This document shows, one piece after another, positions 59,967 through 64,000 of a stretch of DNA of 64,000 nucleotides. Origin of the DNA: Lingula anatina (Eukaryota > Animalia > Brachiopoda); NCBI GenBank assembly GCA_051362555.1, contig CM120645.1:23836934-23900933 (forward strand), in the 5' to 3' direction. The notes under the pieces are model-generated. The model worked only from the letters and a program-made list of their open reading frames with translations. It searched no databases and had not been told where the DNA came from. Position 1 is the first letter of the stretch; each line of letters starts with the position of its first letter. The position numbers and the translations under genes are program-made.

Positions 59967-60862
59967 CCTGAATTCAACATTATGTTTTGCTTAATGATGG
60001 TAGTTCAGTTTAGGATGGATAAAGAAAGATAACTTTAAAAAAATCAATGGAATTTAATTCTATTTGAGGATAGGCCTACTGTCACTTTACACCTAGGTGC
60101 TTGTGTTAGAACAGCAGCAGAGGGAGAGAGATGACACAACTTTCTCCAGAATGTGTTTATTCTGCAGGGAGCTTTTTCATGGAAACAGGTATAAGAAAAA
60201 TATCAGTCTTCAAAAAGACATGAAAAAGTTCCTTCAACCTTACACAGACACAAAATGGCTGCGTGCAGTGTCACAAATTATTCTGATCATATCGGTATCT
60301 ACGTGCTTAATATTGCCAATGGGTGATTCCACAAAAGTGATTCTCTCAGTGACTCTCACATCATATTAGCATAATTCTGACAAATTGCTCTGTTATCTGT
60401 GATCTGATTGGACATTACACACACTCTGGTCATGTGACTCAGTTCCCAGAATCCTCAGACTGGGACCAGCCTCAGTAAGTGTGGAAACATCCATAACCTT
60501 AAGTTCTGTCATATATGAAGATTTTGAAGAAATGTTCTTCATGTATGTAAATGTAAAAGCAGTCTCAAAATTAATATTAAGTCACTGGTATCAATTATCA
60601 AGCATATCAAGATTTTAATTGCAAAATGTTTTTATGACTCTGGTATTTCTTCCCAACTTTTGAAAATGACAACCTACTTTGCGGGCTGGAGGATGACAGA
60701 GAGGATGATGGGAATGATAGAGGGGATGATGGGATAGCTGCTAAAAAGGACTGCAACGTTGTGATAGCAGAAGACACCCAATTGCCAACTGAATCAATGT
60801 TACAAGAAGGAACTGTTTTACAAGAGCTCATAAGGTTAAGAGTCTCTCTGCACCTTTGCTAG
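59372..60862 (+). pseudogene. ZNF277: ZNF277-like decayed gene copy (intron-containing, internally deleted)
   Basis: Exons 59372-59463 (YWRERFKEQPLEDFCSVIN), 59672-59754 (YYLLCDLLPEDKQLR), 60097-60188 (LEQQQRERDDTTFSRMCLFCRELFHGN), ~60418-60474 (SDWDQPQ) and 60643-60862 (YFFPTFENDNLLC) match recalled ZNF277 motifs. The donor at 59755 reads AT, the acceptor at 60641-60642 reads TG, and the central zinc-finger exons are absent. Confidence 0.75.
59779..59962. repeat. CT-rich low-complexity / (CT)n tract
   Basis: Seen directly; explains the spurious SLSL/PPS ORFs. Confidence 0.9.
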
Positions 60863-62345
60863 AAAAGGTGTAAAGAAAAGAAACTTTGGTACTAATATGC
60901 TATGCAAATTTTCAGGGTTTGAGATCATGCATTATCATGCATACTTAGAAATGATGATTATATGCTTTTTGCATCCACATTAATTAACTCTACAACCCAT
61001 ACCTTTAGAGATAGACAATTTCAAACCCAAACAGATGACTTTCCAGAGCAGACTTGTGTAAGTTATCTCACAACAAAAACTCTTCCGTGAGGTTTTGAGT
61101 GGAGTTCTCTATGCCTTGAAACAACCTACTAGAACCAGTCTTATATACCCGAGACCGGCATTACCTGCAAGTTACAGATAGAAAGTGTGAAAGCAATTAT
61201 TATAAAATAGCAGAAAAAAGTCTTAACATGAAAGAGTCGTCAACAAATACCCCAACTTACCCCATTGATTTCACAATATCCTAGGACAGATGCATGTACC
61301 AAGCTTAAAGTTTGATGTATTTTATATCATAACCTTTTGTGTTGGGGTCAAACTATCTTTTATGGCATTCCTAGGTTCTGTCACATGAAGGTCCTTGGGA
61401 TTTGTAACGACACTATATCCTAAACTTATTGTAGCAGTTAAGCCTGGATTATGTACAATAACATCTGAAATACCCTCTTTCTCTGCAGTACTCAAAAATA
61501 TCCTGATTTGAGAAGTCAAGTACAATACATATCTTTTCTCTTCTTAGAGTTAATTGTTAGTTTGTTGCTGTTTAACTGGTTGTTTAGAATTCGACAGTGT
61601 TCATGCCACATCAGTGGCATTTTTGAACCATTCAGTTACAATGCATATCTTAAAAATATTGTCATTTCATTTCCCATTCAATGTTACTTAAAGTGATTCC
61701 ACTCTAGACAGAAACATGAAAATTGCGACAAAATAATGGTACCATTAACCTCAAAACTAACTGTATTCTATTTGAATATTGCACAACGCGGTTAGTAGTT
61801 GTCGTTCACTAGATGGGAGAGGTGTGCCAAAAAGATCCCCAGAGACACATCCGCCACATAATAGTTACCTAAAACTGGAACATGGTGAGTCAACAGTAAA
61901 TACGTCAAGTAAAGCCTTGGTCCCAACTACGTTTTGGACGCACGGTTTTAAGTTCCTTGCATCCGGCTAGGACGTAGCTAGATCGCACGTAGCGGCTGTT
62001 GATCATGTCGAATAGTTTCTACGTGCTGTTTCCGTCCTCCAAAAGTCGCACGATGGACGTTCTCCTCACGCGCGAACTCCCACGTTTTTCCCTGTTTTTT
62101 TTTTTTTGGCCGTAGACCACACGTAGCAGCCCGTACGTTCGGTTGGGACCTAGGCTTAAACAAGTGTCTTGGTCTTGAAACTGAAAGTTTTAACATAACT
62201 TTGCAAAAATATACCCTGCATATATCTCTTGCATTAGGGTTACTCCGTTCCTTTGTTTAAGGAATTCGATCTCTTTTGCTACGTGTGTTACTACGCATCG
62301 GTAATAGTGGAGCCGAGAGAAAAAGCCATGTGGGCTGTCTAAACT

Positions 62346-62990
62346 ATGGTAAGCCACGGCAGTGTGATTCGCGGTGGAAGCGAAGAATTTGCCAGCGAGC
62401 AGTGGTACAAAACACACCGGTATTTTAGTCGAAACACGAACGCCAGCATCGTGGCTGAAGGGAGGAAGATCCTACTGTTTTTTAAAGACTGGTACGGCAT
62501 CGATGTGGTCGTTGGTGACGATACCTTGTCAGCATGGGCGTCCGCAGGGGGGGGGGTCTCAATGGGATTACTTGACCCCCCCCCCTGGAATTTTGGCGGG
62601 CACGTCAATTGCTGTTACCCAGCCAATCATTATCTCCCCCTTCAATGACTTTTGACCCCCCTCCCTTCCCCTGGAAAAAATTCTGCGGACGCTCATGCTT
62701 GTCAGCCATTCGGTTTCAAGATTACTGTATGGAACCTGGCGGTATAGGGTTCAATCGCGAAATTAAACTACATGCAGAAGATCGTGTTCCAACTCTTTGT
62801 TTTTCCGATCCCCTTGGGTCAACACTCTGATCTGACCTGATATGACGTCACACAAGGGACGTACGCCGTCGTCAACCCATACGTCATTAGTCTGACCAGG
62901 CCCGAGTTGGGTGAAGGCGTAGGGCGCGGAATCTTTCTCAATGCATGCGTCCAAACGAGACTATGAATGGTGGTTGGATGGGGATCACCT
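62346..62990 (+). pseudogene. Decayed coding region of unknown function interrupted by a MITE
   Basis: Removing the MITE plus one TSD joins ORF 62346 to the frame of ORF 62609-62830. Protein-like text continues in a shifted frame with stops. Confidence 0.35.
62533..62697. mobile_element. hAT-type MITE with 8-bp TSD
   Basis: TIRs CATGGGCGTCCGCAG / CTGCGGACGCTCATG; direct repeat CTTGTCAG at 62525-62532 and 62698-62705. Confidence 0.9.
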
Positions 62991-64000
62991 TTTCCTGTGA
63001 CAGTTTAGATTATCGTGTACCATAGATCAGATTTCGTTAATTCAAAAGGTATTTTCCGGGGAAATATAAACACATACAAGTCTTTTTTGCTTGGTTTTAA
63101 GGTTTAAATTTAAACAAATAGGGATAATTGTAAGGAGTAGGCAAGGACAAAAATCTGTTGAAGGAAAACACTAGCTCTGTTTGTCAATGAGAGAGAGAGA
63201 GAGCTTGCCCTTTGTTCATTCCCCATTACCGATGCTTAGGCAAAAGAACCATCAACTACGAGACAAGTAAGACGATATATGTAGGAATTGAATCTAGTAC
63301 AAAAAATGTAATATTTGAATGCAGCGTTAAGAATCCAATTCAATCGTTTGTTATATAAGCAACGTAACTGTTTCAGACACAATCTGAAAATAAAAATAGA
63401 CTTTTGGTCTACGTCATTGCATATAATGTTTCGTTCAAAAAAAGCTGTCACCCCTGTTAAAAGGAAGGACGGATCTGAGGCACGGGAATATAGGAAGAAG
63501 CTGATACATGTATATCTAACAGATATTGCGTCTCAGTTGACACCTGTGAATAAGCGTTAGTATATAGATAACGCCAGCATCCATTAAAGCAATAAAAGCT
63601 TTTGTGCGGGCGACTCACTGGTTCAGGTGATCTTAACTTGACTAACACGGTGACAGTAGATAGAAATAATTTCTGTCGAATTTAGAATGTGCACCATATA
63701 TAGTGTGACGAAAAAGAACGGACTTTGTGAGCAGAAAGGTGTTATTTTAAGCACCATTTCCTAATGTTACTCGGACTGGGCTAGCTAGACAGGCCATAGT
63801 TTCTGAAAGAGAAAACAAAGAGAACATTTGAATAGAATCTTTTCATATAATCTGTCAGGTTGCTGAAGGCGTCAAGGCAAGCAAGATAAATGTAGGAATC
63901 AAATCTATAACTAAAGGAGAAAAAGCACTATGGGTTTCAAATACTTGATGATCAGAGAAAATAGAAAACGTGTATATCAAACCCCAGTTTAGCATCTGCG

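Noticed and set aside
59695-60032. ORFs rich in SLSL, PPS or ERGG
   Set aside because: Derived from an intronic CT-rich tract.

Overview
Animal genomic DNA: AT-rich, with spliceosomal introns. The gene and repeat content suggests a protostome invertebrate, probably a mollusc (inference). From left to right the window holds: (1) about 8.8 kb of intergenic DNA with simple repeats. (2) A complete invertebrate-type Contactin gene with 25 coding exons (signal peptide, C-type lectin, 6 Ig, 4 FN3, GPI signal; 10190-22298, +). (3) A 16-exon CP110/CCP110 centriolar gene (24765-37796, +) with an E2F/CCAAT/CHR promoter, one U12-type intron, several duplicated splice sites, and a candidate spliced antisense transcript in intron 1 that may carry a structured H/ACA-like RNA. 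(4) An apparently intact DIRS1-type tyrosine-recombinase retrotransposon (39431-44072) with a candidate -1 ribosomal frameshift signal between ORF1 and pol. (5) Two tandem paralogous single-sushi type I membrane protein genes. (6) A decayed, intron-containing ZNF277 copy. (7) Several MITEs (hAT-type, Harbinger-type, foldback, Helentron-associated). All exon models were read by eye from splice signals and frame continuity, and homology calls are from recalled family motifs, not from database searches.
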